Shown in pieces: positions 14,643 to 23,604 of a stretch of 32,000 nt of DNA; position 1 is the first letter of the stretch, and every line of letters starts with the position of its first letter. The DNA comes from Nitrososphaerota archaeon. GTDB taxonomy: Archaea; Thermoproteota; Nitrososphaeria; Nitrososphaerales; UBA57. Location of the stretch: contig VHBL01000005.1 in NCBI GenBank assembly GCA_016871995.1, positions 1-32,000 on the forward strand. Reading direction: 5' to 3'. Made by a program: the position numbers and the translations under genes. The notes under the pieces were generated by a model that was not told the origin of the DNA, ran no database searches, and was given only the letters and a program-made list of their open reading frames with translations.

Positions 14643-16516
14643 GAACGATGATATTCAATCCTTGACTTGAAGAATCGTTCTGAATCCTTGTCCACAAAAT
14701 AGATGTAGCATCCTTTCATTCCGCGTGATAGCAAAACTCTGTAGGTGTTTTTTACAAGCTCAGAAAATTGGTCTCTCGACCTTTTCACGACTGTATCAGC
14801 CGAATTATCAGGAATGCCCTCCCACTCCCCCTTATCGAAATCATAGACAAGATCATTCCCAAAAATTACTCCAGCGTAATCAAATTCAAATCCTTGAGCA
14901 GTGTACACACATCCTACTTGGTAGATCCCATTGGAGTCGTAAGCCCAAAGATTTGACTTTGGAATTCCTGAAGCAAGCTTTCTTGTTTCAGGTTTCGCAT
15001 TCCACGGCCTTCGATAATTTCCAATTGCGACGTCATTCTTAAGAGTCCCGTCTGGATTGGGATTTGACCATTCCCAACAGAAACCAGCCATAACTCTGCC
15101 AGTGTATCCTGCTTGCACTTTTTCTCTTATCGCTTTTTCAAGATCTTCTGGAGCATTGAAAATCCTTAGATCGAATTCTTCGTGCTGGTTCCATATGACA
15201 TTTGCTGTTGGCCTTATTCCCAGAGTGTTGTTTACCCAGTTCACGAAAGCTTCTGATCCATTGCACCTGAACTGAGCTTCCAACTCATATTCAAAGATTT
15301 TGCAGTCATTCTTCCCCGCGTACTCCTTGATATATTGTACGGAGCCGATTTCGCCAGGCCGCACAATCTGATAATCATCGATGAAAAAGGCAGAGACCTT
15401 GGTTGCTTTGATAAGTTCTCCGATCTGAGGAATGTCGCGTCTCTTGTTCCTCGGAGTAAATCTGTTCTGGCTTTTCTTCCTCAGGCGGTGAGCTTCGTCT
15501 ACAATTAAGACATCTACGGCATTCTCTTCTGCTTCGGAGTAGCTGTTAGAGTACGTGAACAGAGCAGTACCACGAGAGCCAATAATTTGTCTCAAAGTTT
15601 CGGTGAAAGCACGTGAGCCGGTTACATAATGGGCATTGTATTCTTGGCGAAGAAGATCGGCCATCAGGTTAATTGCAATAACCGATTTCCCGGTTCCGGG
15701 TCCGCCTTTTACAATGATTATGGTCTTCTGCTTATTGTGAAAGCCTTCCTTTGCTGAGGAAAAAACTTTGTCATAAACGATCATCTGCTCATCCAGAAGG
15801 ATGTACTCCTTCTTCCCTCTTATTACACCTTCAACATGCTCCATCAATTTTTTGCTGGGACGATACTTGCTTTCTTCAATCCTTCTTAGTACGTCGATCC
15901 CGCTACCTTGCTCCAGTTTCGTGGTTAGGTAGTCTTTCAGTCGGTCAACATCATTGGCTGCAAATATCGGCCATCTTCCGAGCGTCTGCTTGAACTTTTC
16001 AGCGAAAAGGACATCGCCAGGATAGCAGTTGTAATTGTGGAGATACGCGCAGGCGTCTAGAGCTATTGGATTTGCACCCTCGTGAAACGCTTCATGCGCG
16101 TCTTCCAGGTACATTTGATATTGGCCTACTTGTATCGATGGATGAAGAACCTCTCTTTTTCCTCCCGCCACCCATGTAATTACTTTTTCACCAGAAGCCT
16201 CTTCGCAAGCGCCCCACTGCTTAAGCTCAATGATAACCGCATTGTCCTTGTAGCCAGAGTCTCGACCACAGATCAGACAGTCCAACCTTTTCGATGTTAG
16301 AGGAAGTTGATACTCCAGAATAATTCCTTGGTTAACGAGACCCGCATACTGGAAAACTTGCGAAATAGCTCTGAGAGAATTTCTCCATGAATTTACCTCG
16401 CTCAGAGGAGGATAATACCTGAAATGATTGAAAAATTCGTTTTTCAATTTATCTGCGATCTGATTATGGATTGTATCAGTAATGAATTGATTTGAAGTAC
16501 CGGCAAACAGTCGCAT
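14636..16516 (-). CDS. DUF2075-type protein: N-terminal PD-(D/E)xK-like nuclease fused to a P-loop SF1-like ATPase/helicase (Schlafen-helicase-like)
   Basis: Nuclease-like motifs ILEYQ, KRLDCLICG and AVIIELKQW. Walker A VKGGPGTGKS and Walker B VLIVDEAHRL. C-terminal blocks GFCWEWS, VYTAQGFEFDYAGVIFG and LLSRGMKGCYIY. I prefer the ATG at 16516 over the TTG at 16540. Confidence 0.85.
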   Translation of the reverse strand: MRLFAGTSNQFITDTIHNQIADKLKNEFFNHFRYYPPLSEVNSWRNSLRAISQVFQYAGLVNQGIILEYQLPLTSKRLDCLICGRDSGYKDNAVIIELKQWGACEEASGEKVITWVAGGKREVLHPSIQVGQYQMYLEDAHEAFHEGANPIALDACAYLHNYNCYPGDVLFAEKFKQTLGRWPIFAANDVDRLKDYLTTKLEQGSGIDVLRRIEESKYRPSKKLMEHVEGVIRGKKEYILLDEQMIVYDKVFSSAKEGFHNKQKTIIIVKGGPGTGKSVIAINLMADLLRQEYNAHYVTGSRAFTETLRQIIGSRGTALFTYSNSYSEAEENAVDVLIVDEAHRLRKKSQNRFTPRNKRRDIPQIGELIKATKVSAFFIDDYQIVRPGEIGSVQYIKEYAGKNDCKIFEYELEAQFRCNGSEAFVNWVNNTLGIRPTANVIWNQHEEFDLRIFNAPEDLEKAIREKVQAGYTGRVMAGFCWEWSNPNPDGTLKNDVAIGNYRRPWNAKPETRKLASGIPKSNLWAYDSNGIYQVGCVYTAQGFEFDYAGVIFGNDLVYDFDKGEWEGIPDNSADTVVKRSRDQFSELVKNTYRVLLSRGMKGCYIYFVDKDSERFFKSRIEYHRSQ

Positions 16517-16591
16517 TAATGTGGAATTATCAGAACGCAATAATTATCTGTTTCTAAAGGAAGCACCTGGTCTTCAATAGTTTAGATCAAG

Positions 16592-16683
16592 AGGTGGGGA
16601 GGGGATTCGAACCCCTGTGAACTCGCTCTGCAGGCGAGCGCGTAACCGCTACGGAAACTTGCAGTTTACTCCGCCACCCCACC
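16592..16683 (-). tRNA. tRNA-Cys (GCA) with a 20-25 nt insertion (non-canonical intron) 5' of the anticodon stem
   Basis: On the minus strand the acceptor is GGTGGGG/CCCCACC. The anticodon arm is CTCGC-CTGCAGA-GCGAG, giving anticodon GCA. The variable loop is TTCAC and the T-arm is AGGGG-TTCGAAT-CCCCT. The segment between the acceptor and the anticodon stem is about 37 nt instead of about 19. Confidence 0.8.
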
Positions 16684-16725
16684 ACGACATTTCTGGGGTA
16701 GCAGATTCTATTACATATATGATTT

Positions 16726-16830
16726 CTATTTCTTCTTCAGCTTCTTAGAAACTTGCTGCTGGAGCCATGCCTCGTAAGTGTCAACGTAGAGCGGAGCCTT
16801 CTTTGAAACCTTCTTATCTTTCTTAGCCAT
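16726..16830 (-). CDS. Possible small basic protein (34 aa), not in the ORF track
   Basis: Hand translation gives MAKKDKKVSKKAPLYVDTYEAWLQQQVSKKLKKK. It starts with ATG and sits in an otherwise empty 200-bp gap. No family recognised. Confidence 0.3.
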   Translation of the reverse strand: MAKKDKKVSKKAPLYVDTYEAWLQQQVSKKLKKK

Positions 16831-16883
16831 ATTGCAATCTGTTAAGGGTCGGTTCTAACTACTTATTAGGTATTCTTGCAGAG

Positions 16884-17594
16884 TCACACGAATAAGTCAA
16901 ACGGGTTGAAGCTCAGTCCAGCAATCATCATCAAGCCATATACAATGCTCAGAGAGCCCGCTACCAAATTGACAGCAAGTTGAATCCTCTTTATCCCATA
17001 TTTTAGTAATGGTAAAGTCAGAGCGATTCCAAAGAAGGTCATCCCTAGCATAACTCCGATAGTGAAGACTGCAACGCCTCCAAGAAGCATCTGAAGAGAA
17101 CCTACTCCCAACCCTGCAACAAATATCGCTAACAATTCATCGTTACTAGCAAGGCCGTGGACTATCCCTACCCCGAAGAGCTGATGATGGAAGTGCAGTT
17201 TCTTGCCTAATATCCCAAGGCCTCCGTAGCGGTGAGTATGCGGATGAGAATGAGCAGAATCTCCATGCTCGTGCATATGTTTGTGCGTTACGGGAGTTCC
17301 AAAGATTATGCTAACAGCACCTATCCCGATCAGCATAAAAGCCACGGCAAGCTCCAACTGTCCTAAAATTCCGGTTATAGATCCGACAGCAGTCGCAACA
17401 GAAAACAGAATTACGGTAATTATTGCAGCTGTAGCCATGTGCCCCAGAGCCCAGCTGGCACTCATCTTGGAAGTTTCAGCGATGCCTTTGCTCCTAGTCA
17501 GAAAGTTAGAAACTGCGACCAAATGGTCTGCATCGTAAGCGTGCTTGAAGCCAAGAGCCAGAGCCAATAAAGGAAAGAATAGGCCGAGCTCCAT
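16884..17594 (-). CDS. Nickel/cobalt transporter (NiCoT / UreH-like family)
   Basis: The signature FKHAYDADHLVAV (H-x4-D-H) sits in TM2. A His-rich loop reads HKHMHEHGDSAHSHPHTHRY. About 6-8 TM segments. Confidence 0.8.
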   Translation of the reverse strand: MELGLFFPLLALALGFKHAYDADHLVAVSNFLTRSKGIAETSKMSASWALGHMATAAIITVILFSVATAVGSITGILGQLELAVAFMLIGIGAVSIIFGTPVTHKHMHEHGDSAHSHPHTHRYGGLGILGKKLHFHHQLFGVGIVHGLASNDELLAIFVAGLGVGSLQMLLGGVAVFTIGVMLGMTFFGIALTLPLLKYGIKRIQLAVNLVAGSLSIVYGLMMIAGLSFNPFDLFV

Positions 17595-17631
17595 AGTTGC
17601 TCGGCCTATCTCTACTCTTTTGAACCTTTGC

Positions 17632-19722
17632 CTATAGCAGTGCGTAGAGTACGAAGAGCGGCACGAAGGTCAGCGAAACTGTATTGATTAGTTTCACCAA
17701 GACGTGCAGGGATGGACCAGCGGTATCCTTGAACGGATCGCCGACAGTATCTCCGACAACAGCAGCCATGTGAGCTTCAGAGCGCTTTCCTCCATACACT
17801 CCAGTTTCAATGTACTTCTTGGCATTGTCCCACGATGCACCACCAGTATTCATCAGGTAGGCGAGCATAGTCCCGCTTATCGTTGCGCTGATAAGGAAGG
17901 CCCCAACAGCGACAGGTCCTAAAGTAAAGCCAACTATTAGAGGGACAACAACTGGCATTATCCCTGGCAGGATCATCTGCTTCTGCGCTGCTAACGTGCT
18001 GATATCGACGCACTTTGAATAGTCTGGGTTTGCCTTCCCCTCCATTAGGCCTGGGATCTCTTTGAACTGCCTCCTGACTTCTTCAACGACTTGGAAGGCA
18101 GCCTTTCCAACTGCCCTTATGGCAAACGCGCTGAAGACGTAGGGGACCAACCCTCCTATGAATAAAGCAGCAATGACCTCTGGGCTTACTATCCTGACGC
18201 TTATCGCTTCTAATACCGTCAAACCTGCAGCCTTAGCATATTCATCGAGATACGCTTGGAACAGGAGCAGGGCAGCCAGTCCTGCAGAGCCCAGAGCGTA
18301 GCCTTTTGTCAGCGCTTTTGTAGTATTGCCTGCTGCATCGAAAAGGTCAATCTTCTCCCGTAATTCCTTTGGAGCCTTGGACATTTCAGCAATCCCAGCA
18401 GCGTTATCGACGATCGGCCCGAAGCCATCCATGCCCAGGATCACTCCAGCAACGGAGAGCATCCCCATCGTGGCTACAGCGGTGCCGTAAATCCCCCCAA
18501 TAAGAGGGTCGATAGTAGCTCCTCCAAAGAGTGCCGGGGCCTCGGCAGCGAAGTTGTTCCCGAAGTAGAACCCTCCAAGAATTGCTCCGACTATGACAAG
18601 CACTGGCAAACCTGTACTCTCAAGACCGACAGCAAAGCCAGTGATTATGTTCACGGCAGGGCCTGTCTTCGATGCGGTGGCGATCTCTTCGACAGGTCTG
18701 TACCCTTTTTCAGTATAGTATTGGGTAATCAGGAAGATCAGGAGACTTGCACCAACTCCAACTATAGCGGCAAAGTACAGGTTGATGCTCTGTATTGTAA
18801 TAGAAACTAAAGCATAAAGTCCTATTACGATGATTATCGTAGTTGCAATAATGCCGTTGCGCATGGGTACCATCGGGTTCGTGAAATTCTTTGCACGCAC
18901 AAAAGGAAGGCCGATTATGGTCCCGAAGATTCCAACAGCCCTTGCCAGTAACGGAAATAGTACGAAGAACGGGTTACCAGTAGCCGCAACAAGAGCGACT
19001 CCGACAATCATCGCGCCAATATTTTCAGCAGTCATGGATTCAAAGAGGTCTGCCCCCCTTCCAGCAACGTCTCCAACATTGTCCCCTACATTATCGGCAA
19101 TTACTGCAGGGTTCCTCGGGTCGTCTTCAGGTATCCCAGCCTCAACCTTTCCTACTATGTCAGCACCTACGTCTGCAGCCTTTGTGAATATTCCTCCACC
19201 AAGCTGGGCAAACAGAGCTGCAAGGCTTGCACCGAAGCCCAGACCAACTATGAGTTCAGGCTTCTGACCATAGGCATAGAAGAGCACCGACACTGCAAGA
19301 AGGCTCAAGCCTACATTGAACAGTCCCATAACCAGGCCTCCATTGTATGCTATTTTCATGGGCAGCTGAACTCCTTGATGCATAGCGTAGGTTGTTCGTG
19401 CATTTGCCCTCGTAGAAACGTCCATTCCTACATACCCAGCAGCCAGAGAAAATAGCGCGCCAACAAGAAATGCAAGCGAAATAAACGGGACTCCTCCGTG
19501 AGGACCAAAGTCAAACGCGGCGTATAGCAACAGGGTAAGAATTACCGCTATGACTGAGATAGTCTTGTACTGCCTTCGCAGGTACGCCTTCGAGCCTACC
19601 CGTATCGCTTCATAGATCTCCTTCATCCTCTCAGTGCCGGGTTCGAAGCGGTTGATCCAGAGCGCAAGATACAGCGCTACTACTAGGGCGATTACGCCTG
19701 AAACGGGTGCTAGGAGTTCCAT
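17632..19722 (-). CDS. hppA: Membrane-bound H+/Na+-translocating inorganic pyrophosphatase
   Basis: Polytopic protein of about 700 aa. Motifs: GGGIFTKAADVGADIVGKVE, DNVGDNVGDVAG, GNTTKALTKGYA and AVVGDTVGDPFKDTAGPSL. I prefer the ATG at 19722 (MELLAPVSG) over the TTG at 19752. Confidence 0.92.
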   Translation of the reverse strand: MELLAPVSGVIALVVALYLALWINRFEPGTERMKEIYEAIRVGSKAYLRRQYKTISVIAVILTLLLYAAFDFGPHGGVPFISLAFLVGALFSLAAGYVGMDVSTRANARTTYAMHQGVQLPMKIAYNGGLVMGLFNVGLSLLAVSVLFYAYGQKPELIVGLGFGASLAALFAQLGGGIFTKAADVGADIVGKVEAGIPEDDPRNPAVIADNVGDNVGDVAGRGADLFESMTAENIGAMIVGVALVAATGNPFFVLFPLLARAVGIFGTIIGLPFVRAKNFTNPMVPMRNGIIATTIIIVIGLYALVSITIQSINLYFAAIVGVGASLLIFLITQYYTEKGYRPVEEIATASKTGPAVNIITGFAVGLESTGLPVLVIVGAILGGFYFGNNFAAEAPALFGGATIDPLIGGIYGTAVATMGMLSVAGVILGMDGFGPIVDNAAGIAEMSKAPKELREKIDLFDAAGNTTKALTKGYALGSAGLAALLLFQAYLDEYAKAAGLTVLEAISVRIVSPEVIAALFIGGLVPYVFSAFAIRAVGKAAFQVVEEVRRQFKEIPGLMEGKANPDYSKCVDISTLAAQKQMILPGIMPVVVPLIVGFTLGPVAVGAFLISATISGTMLAYLMNTGGASWDNAKKYIETGVYGGKRSEAHMAAVVGDTVGDPFKDTAGPSLHVLVKLINTVSLTFVPLFVLYALL

Positions 19723-19803
19723 CACTAATGGTGGCGAAACTACAGAAACCAAATCTGATCACTAGATTTGGGAATTTGCCCCATTTGTCATTAATATAAA
19801 CTT

Positions 19804-20730
19804 TCAGAGTCTTTCAAAGAGCGCAGCAGCCAGAAAGGGCAATATTGCTGTTGCATCTGCATGTATCGTTACTTGCTTTGCCTTGGGCTTCACCTTGCCC
19901 CATGAGATCGCCTCCCTGACCAGAGCCCCGCTCAAGCTGCCGTCGTATTCCATCGCCGTAGTTATGTAGACGGCGTAATCCAGCCCTCCGCGGAACTGGT
20001 TCCACCAGAGGGTATGATGCTTCGAAATCCCCCCTCCTATCATTAAAGCTCCCGTTCCCTTCGCAGTAAAGACGATGTCGGAAAGAATCTGCTGATCCTT
20101 CATCATGTCTATCGAAAAATCCCTCTTCTGCTGCGAAAAGAGCCATAGTTGGCTGCCAACTGCACCATCGGTAATCCCAGGTACGATTACGGGGATGTTG
20201 TTCTTGCTGGACCAGTACAGTATAGAGGATTCATTGCTGACATACCTGCCTAATCTTTTGCAAAGCTCTGAAGAAGATAGCGACTTTACCCCTCCTTTGT
20301 ACAAACCCTGCAGGAACGGGGTCAGTTTCTCTTCAAGTAGAGGGCCGTAGGCTTCCTTGGGGACGAGCACGCTCCCTAGTCTGTGAAACCCTTCCTTCTC
20401 CAGCATCACGTCATCCAGAGCAAAGTCCCCTTGGAGATAGTCCTTCCAAGACCTTGCAAGGTCGTGGTCAAGTGTCCCGCAGGTAGTTATTATCACGTCA
20501 AACATTCTCCGCTTAACGAATTCCTTTATCACTCCCCTCAAACCAGTAGCAATGATGGCCGCAGGAAACGAAAGAAACTTCACGCAATTCTTTTCATTTA
20601 TCATTTGTTCTAGAATGCCAAACCCGTCAGCAAGGTACTTACCTGTGAACCCTCCACACTCTCCCATCTGCTCAATAAGCGAGGAGAAAGATTTACCAAT
20701 GCTGATGTCCTTGACCTTCTTCGGGTTCAT
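19804..20730 (-). CDS. dys: Deoxyhypusine synthase
   Basis: Typical DHS pattern across 308 aa (FLSFPAAIIATGLRG, IITTCGTLDHD, GGGISKHH). Confidence 0.9.
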   Translation of the reverse strand: MNPKKVKDISIGKSFSSLIEQMGECGGFTGKYLADGFGILEQMINEKNCVKFLSFPAAIIATGLRGVIKEFVKRRMFDVIITTCGTLDHDLARSWKDYLQGDFALDDVMLEKEGFHRLGSVLVPKEAYGPLLEEKLTPFLQGLYKGGVKSLSSSELCKRLGRYVSNESSILYWSSKNNIPVIVPGITDGAVGSQLWLFSQQKRDFSIDMMKDQQILSDIVFTAKGTGALMIGGGISKHHTLWWNQFRGGLDYAVYITTAMEYDGSLSGALVREAISWGKVKPKAKQVTIHADATAILPFLAAALFERL

Positions 20731-20768
20731 GAAATTGTTTTTGGACTATGGGGAAATAAGCCTTTGAT

Positions 20769-22205
20769 CTATATCCGCTCGATGTCGTGCGGGAGGCTCT
20801 CCTTATACCCCGCATCCGTAACCCTGATGAACTCAGCATTCTGCTGCAGCTCTTTAATGTTGGTCGCACCGCAGTAGCTCATCCCAGACCTTAAGCCTCC
20901 AACAAGGCTGGAGAGGACTTCTATCGCTGCACCTCTATAGGGTACTAGGCCTTCAACCCCTTCAGGAACATAGTTTAGCAACTCCTGCTCCTCCATCTCC
21001 TTGCCCTTCTGTCTGGTGCTTCTTCCCATGGCAGCTCCAAGGGATGCCATGCCTCTGCTCATCTTGAACCTTCCAGAGTGCCTTGAGATGATCACGCCCG
21101 GGGCTTCATCAGTCCCAGCCAGCAGAGAGCCTACCATGACCGTAGATGCCCCAGCAGCGATGGCCTTTGTCAGGTCACCAGAAGTTCTTATCCCGCCATC
21201 AGCTATTACGGGCACACCTTTTGCATTGGCAACTTCTGCGCAGTCCATGACAGCAGTAAGTTGGGGAACCCCTGCCCCTGTGACTATCCTCGTTATGCAG
21301 ATCGAGCCTGCACCTACACCCACTTTCACTGCATCGACACCCGCTTCAATAAGGTCTTTCGTCCCTTGAGCAGTTGCCACGTTTCCCGCTATGAGCTCGA
21401 CAGGGCCGAACTTGTCCCTGATATTAGAAACTGTCTTTATGGAGAGGTCAGAGTGGCCATGTGCGATATCGACTACTAGAACGTCCACGCCTGCATCGAT
21501 AAGCGCTGTTGCTCTCTCTATGTAATCATCTTTTACTCCTATAGCTGCTCCTACGCGGAGTCTGCCCTTCGCATCTTTTGACGCTTCAGGGAACTGCTGC
21601 CTCTTTATGATGTCCTTCCCAGTAATCAAACCTCTGACCTTCATGTCTTTGTCAACTATTGGAAGTTTCTCTATCTTGTGCTGCTTTAGCGTCCGCTTTG
21701 CATCTTCTATCGTACTCCCTACAGGGGCTGTCACAAGTTCCTTAGTCATCGCCCTCTCTACTGGCACATCAAGATTATCTTCAAAGCGTACATCTCTGCT
21801 CGTCAAGATCCCTACAAGCTTTCCATTGTTGACGACTAACAACCCTCCTATTCCATACTGTTTCATTATTTGAGAAGCCTCCCTGACAGTCCTGTCAGGT
21901 GTTATGGTCATCGGCTGCTCGATAAGAATCCCTTCAGACCTTTTTACCCTGGTAACTTCTGCAACCTGCTCGGAAATCGAGAGGAACCTATGTATGATTC
22001 CTATCCCGCCTTGTCTTGCCATCGTTATCGCCATTGCAGACTCTGTCACGGTATCCATGTTTGCACTTATGATTGGTATGTTAAGTTCCAAATGCTTGGA
22101 TAGCCTTGTCTTGGTATTGGCGGCTTTTCTTGTTTCGATTGTTGATTTCTTTGGTACGAGCAGTACATCATCAAAGGTCAATCCGACTCTAATGCCGTTG
22201 TCCAT
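20769..22205 (-). CDS. guaB: IMP dehydrogenase with CBS domain pair
   Basis: [12 protein letters not shown]-terminus. The catalytic loop is [12 protein letters not shown]. Also has [12 protein letters not shown] pair is inserted at about residues 95-205. Confidence 0.95.
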   Translation of the reverse strand: MDNGIRVGLTFDDVLLVPKKSTIETRKAANTKTRLSKHLELNIPIISANMDTVTESAMAITMARQGGIGIIHRFLSISEQVAEVTRVKRSEGILIEQPMTITPDRTVREASQIMKQYGIGGLLVVNNGKLVGILTSRDVRFEDNLDVPVERAMTKELVTAPVGSTIEDAKRTLKQHKIEKLPIVDKDMKVRGLITGKDIIKRQQFPEASKDAKGRLRVGAAIGVKDDYIERATALIDAGVDVLVVDIAHGHSDLSIKTVSNIRDKFGPVELIAGNVATAQGTKDLIEAGVDAVKVGVGAGSICITRIVTGAGVPQLTAVMDCAEVANAKGVPVIADGGIRTSGDLTKAIAAGASTVMVGSLLAGTDEAPGVIISRHSGRFKMSRGMASLGAAMGRSTRQKGKEMEEQELLNYVPEGVEGLVPYRGAAIEVLSSLVGGLRSGMSYCGATNIKELQQNAEFIRVTDAGYKESLPHDIERI

Positions 22206-22295
22206 TCCCAGCTGCTTCGGATTTAAGTTCTTGAAAAACCTTTGCTAAATGGTTTCCGTTGATGCTAATATAGGATGAATTATAGTTGTTATTAT

Positions 22296-22712
22296 ATGGC
22301 CAAACCTTTAGGAAAGCTCAGGTTCCTCTATACTGGTTCTGAGAAGTTTGACGCTGACCTGAAATACTACCGTGATTCAATTGGTGCAGAACTCGTATGG
22401 AACTTCAAGGCTTTTGGGACGCGCGTTGCAGCCTTCCGTGTCGGCGAAGGGCCTCTGGTTCTGATAGCAGATCATAGGCCAGCACCAAGCTATATGCCTA
22501 TCTATGAAGCGGGTAACCTGAAGAACGCTGTCAACGAACTTAAGAAGCGTGGATGCAATCCAGATTCTGGCCCGTTCGAAATTCCAAATGGCCCGTGCTA
22601 CGTCTTCAAAGATCCAAGCGGCAACGAATTCGCAATATTTGAAGATGTTCGCCCAAATGCCATGGACGCATCGTATGCCGATCCTGATAACCCGCGTGTT
22701 GTTAGAGATTGA
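22296..22712 (+). CDS. Glyoxalase/VOC-superfamily protein
   Basis: Small beta-alpha-beta-beta-beta module pattern (GAELVWNF..., FEIPNGPCYVFKDPSGNEFAIFE). I prefer the ATG at 22296. Confidence 0.6.
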   Translation: MAKPLGKLRFLYTGSEKFDADLKYYRDSIGAELVWNFKAFGTRVAAFRVGEGPLVLIADHRPAPSYMPIYEAGNLKNAVNELKKRGCNPDSGPFEIPNGPCYVFKDPSGNEFAIFEDVRPNAMDASYADPDNPRVVRD

Positions 22713-22751
22713 GTACAGTATAATACATACTGCCTCTTAGCATCGAAGAGC

Positions 22752-23603
22752 ATGCAAATCGGAGAGGAGCTACTGGAAGAACTCCCTGTTAGGAGAGTTG
22801 ATTCTCGGAAGGGGCAGAACGGCGTCGTCGCTGTAATTGGAGGTAGCAGGATCTATCATGGAGCTCCAGCATTATCTGGGATGGCAGCATATAGAACAGG
22901 AGTAGATCTGGTTTATCTGTTCGTCCCTGAGCCTCTGGTAGCGCCGATAAGGGCGATCTCCCCTTCGTTTATCGTGTATCCTACTCCAGACTACAAGCTC
23001 ACTGTTGGATGTGCTAACAAGATACTTGCATGGATGCCACAAGTAGATGCCTGCGTGATAGGCCCGGGAGCAGGGAGGCAGAAGCCTGACGGCATGAAGA
23101 AACTTGTCGCAGAACTTTCGTCTAACAAGGTCAAGATGGTTGTTGATGCTGATGCTCTGCAGCCTGAAGTTGTAGCTGGGCTATCTGGAAGGGAAGCCGT
23201 CCTTACTCCTCACCCCGGAGAATTCAAACGCATTACTAATGTTGAACTCGAAGATGATCTTGAAAAAAGGAAGGAATCTGTTAGAAAAGCGGCAGAATCT
23301 CTTGGGCTTGCAATACTTGTAAAAGGACACTTGGACATAATATCTGATGGGAAGAACGTGGTTGTGGATGAGACCGGTTCGCCTGCAATGACCGTAGGAG
23401 GAGTTGGGGATGTTTTATCTGGGATAGTAGCTGCTTTAATGACAAAAGGGATGGAGCCCTTCAAGGCTGCGGTTGCCGGTGCCTACATAAATGGTAGATG
23501 CGGGCAGATGGCTGCGGAAAAGTATGGTTTCAGGATATTGCCCACAGATTTAGTTGCTGAGATACCTAACTTGCTGAAGAAATACGATAGAGTTCTCAAA
23601 TAG
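22752..23603 (+). CDS. nnrD: ADP/ATP-dependent NAD(P)H-hydrate dehydratase (YjeF C-terminal/carbohydrate kinase family)
   Basis: RKGQNGVVAVIGGSRIYHGAPALSGMAAYRTGVDLV, LTPHPGEF, and the GGVGDVLSGIV nucleotide-binding motif. Confidence 0.85.
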   Translation: MQIGEELLEELPVRRVDSRKGQNGVVAVIGGSRIYHGAPALSGMAAYRTGVDLVYLFVPEPLVAPIRAISPSFIVYPTPDYKLTVGCANKILAWMPQVDACVIGPGAGRQKPDGMKKLVAELSSNKVKMVVDADALQPEVVAGLSGREAVLTPHPGEFKRITNVELEDDLEKRKESVRKAAESLGLAILVKGHLDIISDGKNVVVDETGSPAMTVGGVGDVLSGIVAALMTKGMEPFKAAVAGAYINGRCGQMAAEKYGFRILPTDLVAEIPNLLKKYDRVLK

Positions 23604-23604
23604 C

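Noticed and set aside
13484-16591. tRNA-Cys-targeted integrated element delimited by a direct repeat of the tRNA 3' half
   Set aside because: I could not find a copy of the tRNA 3' segment (GGGGATTCGAACCCC...) in 13484-13967 or elsewhere in the window by eye. There is also no integrase in this block. The island idea therefore rests only on gene content.
18830-19267. 145-aa plus-strand ORF. The same applies to 17704-17922, 21001-21369, 21607-22248, 2517-2939, 3206-3777, 8437-9144 and 15057-16300.
   Set aside because: All are antisense shadow ORFs inside strongly supported genes (hppA, guaB, gamma-CA, gap, nadE, DUF2075). None has a recognisable motif.
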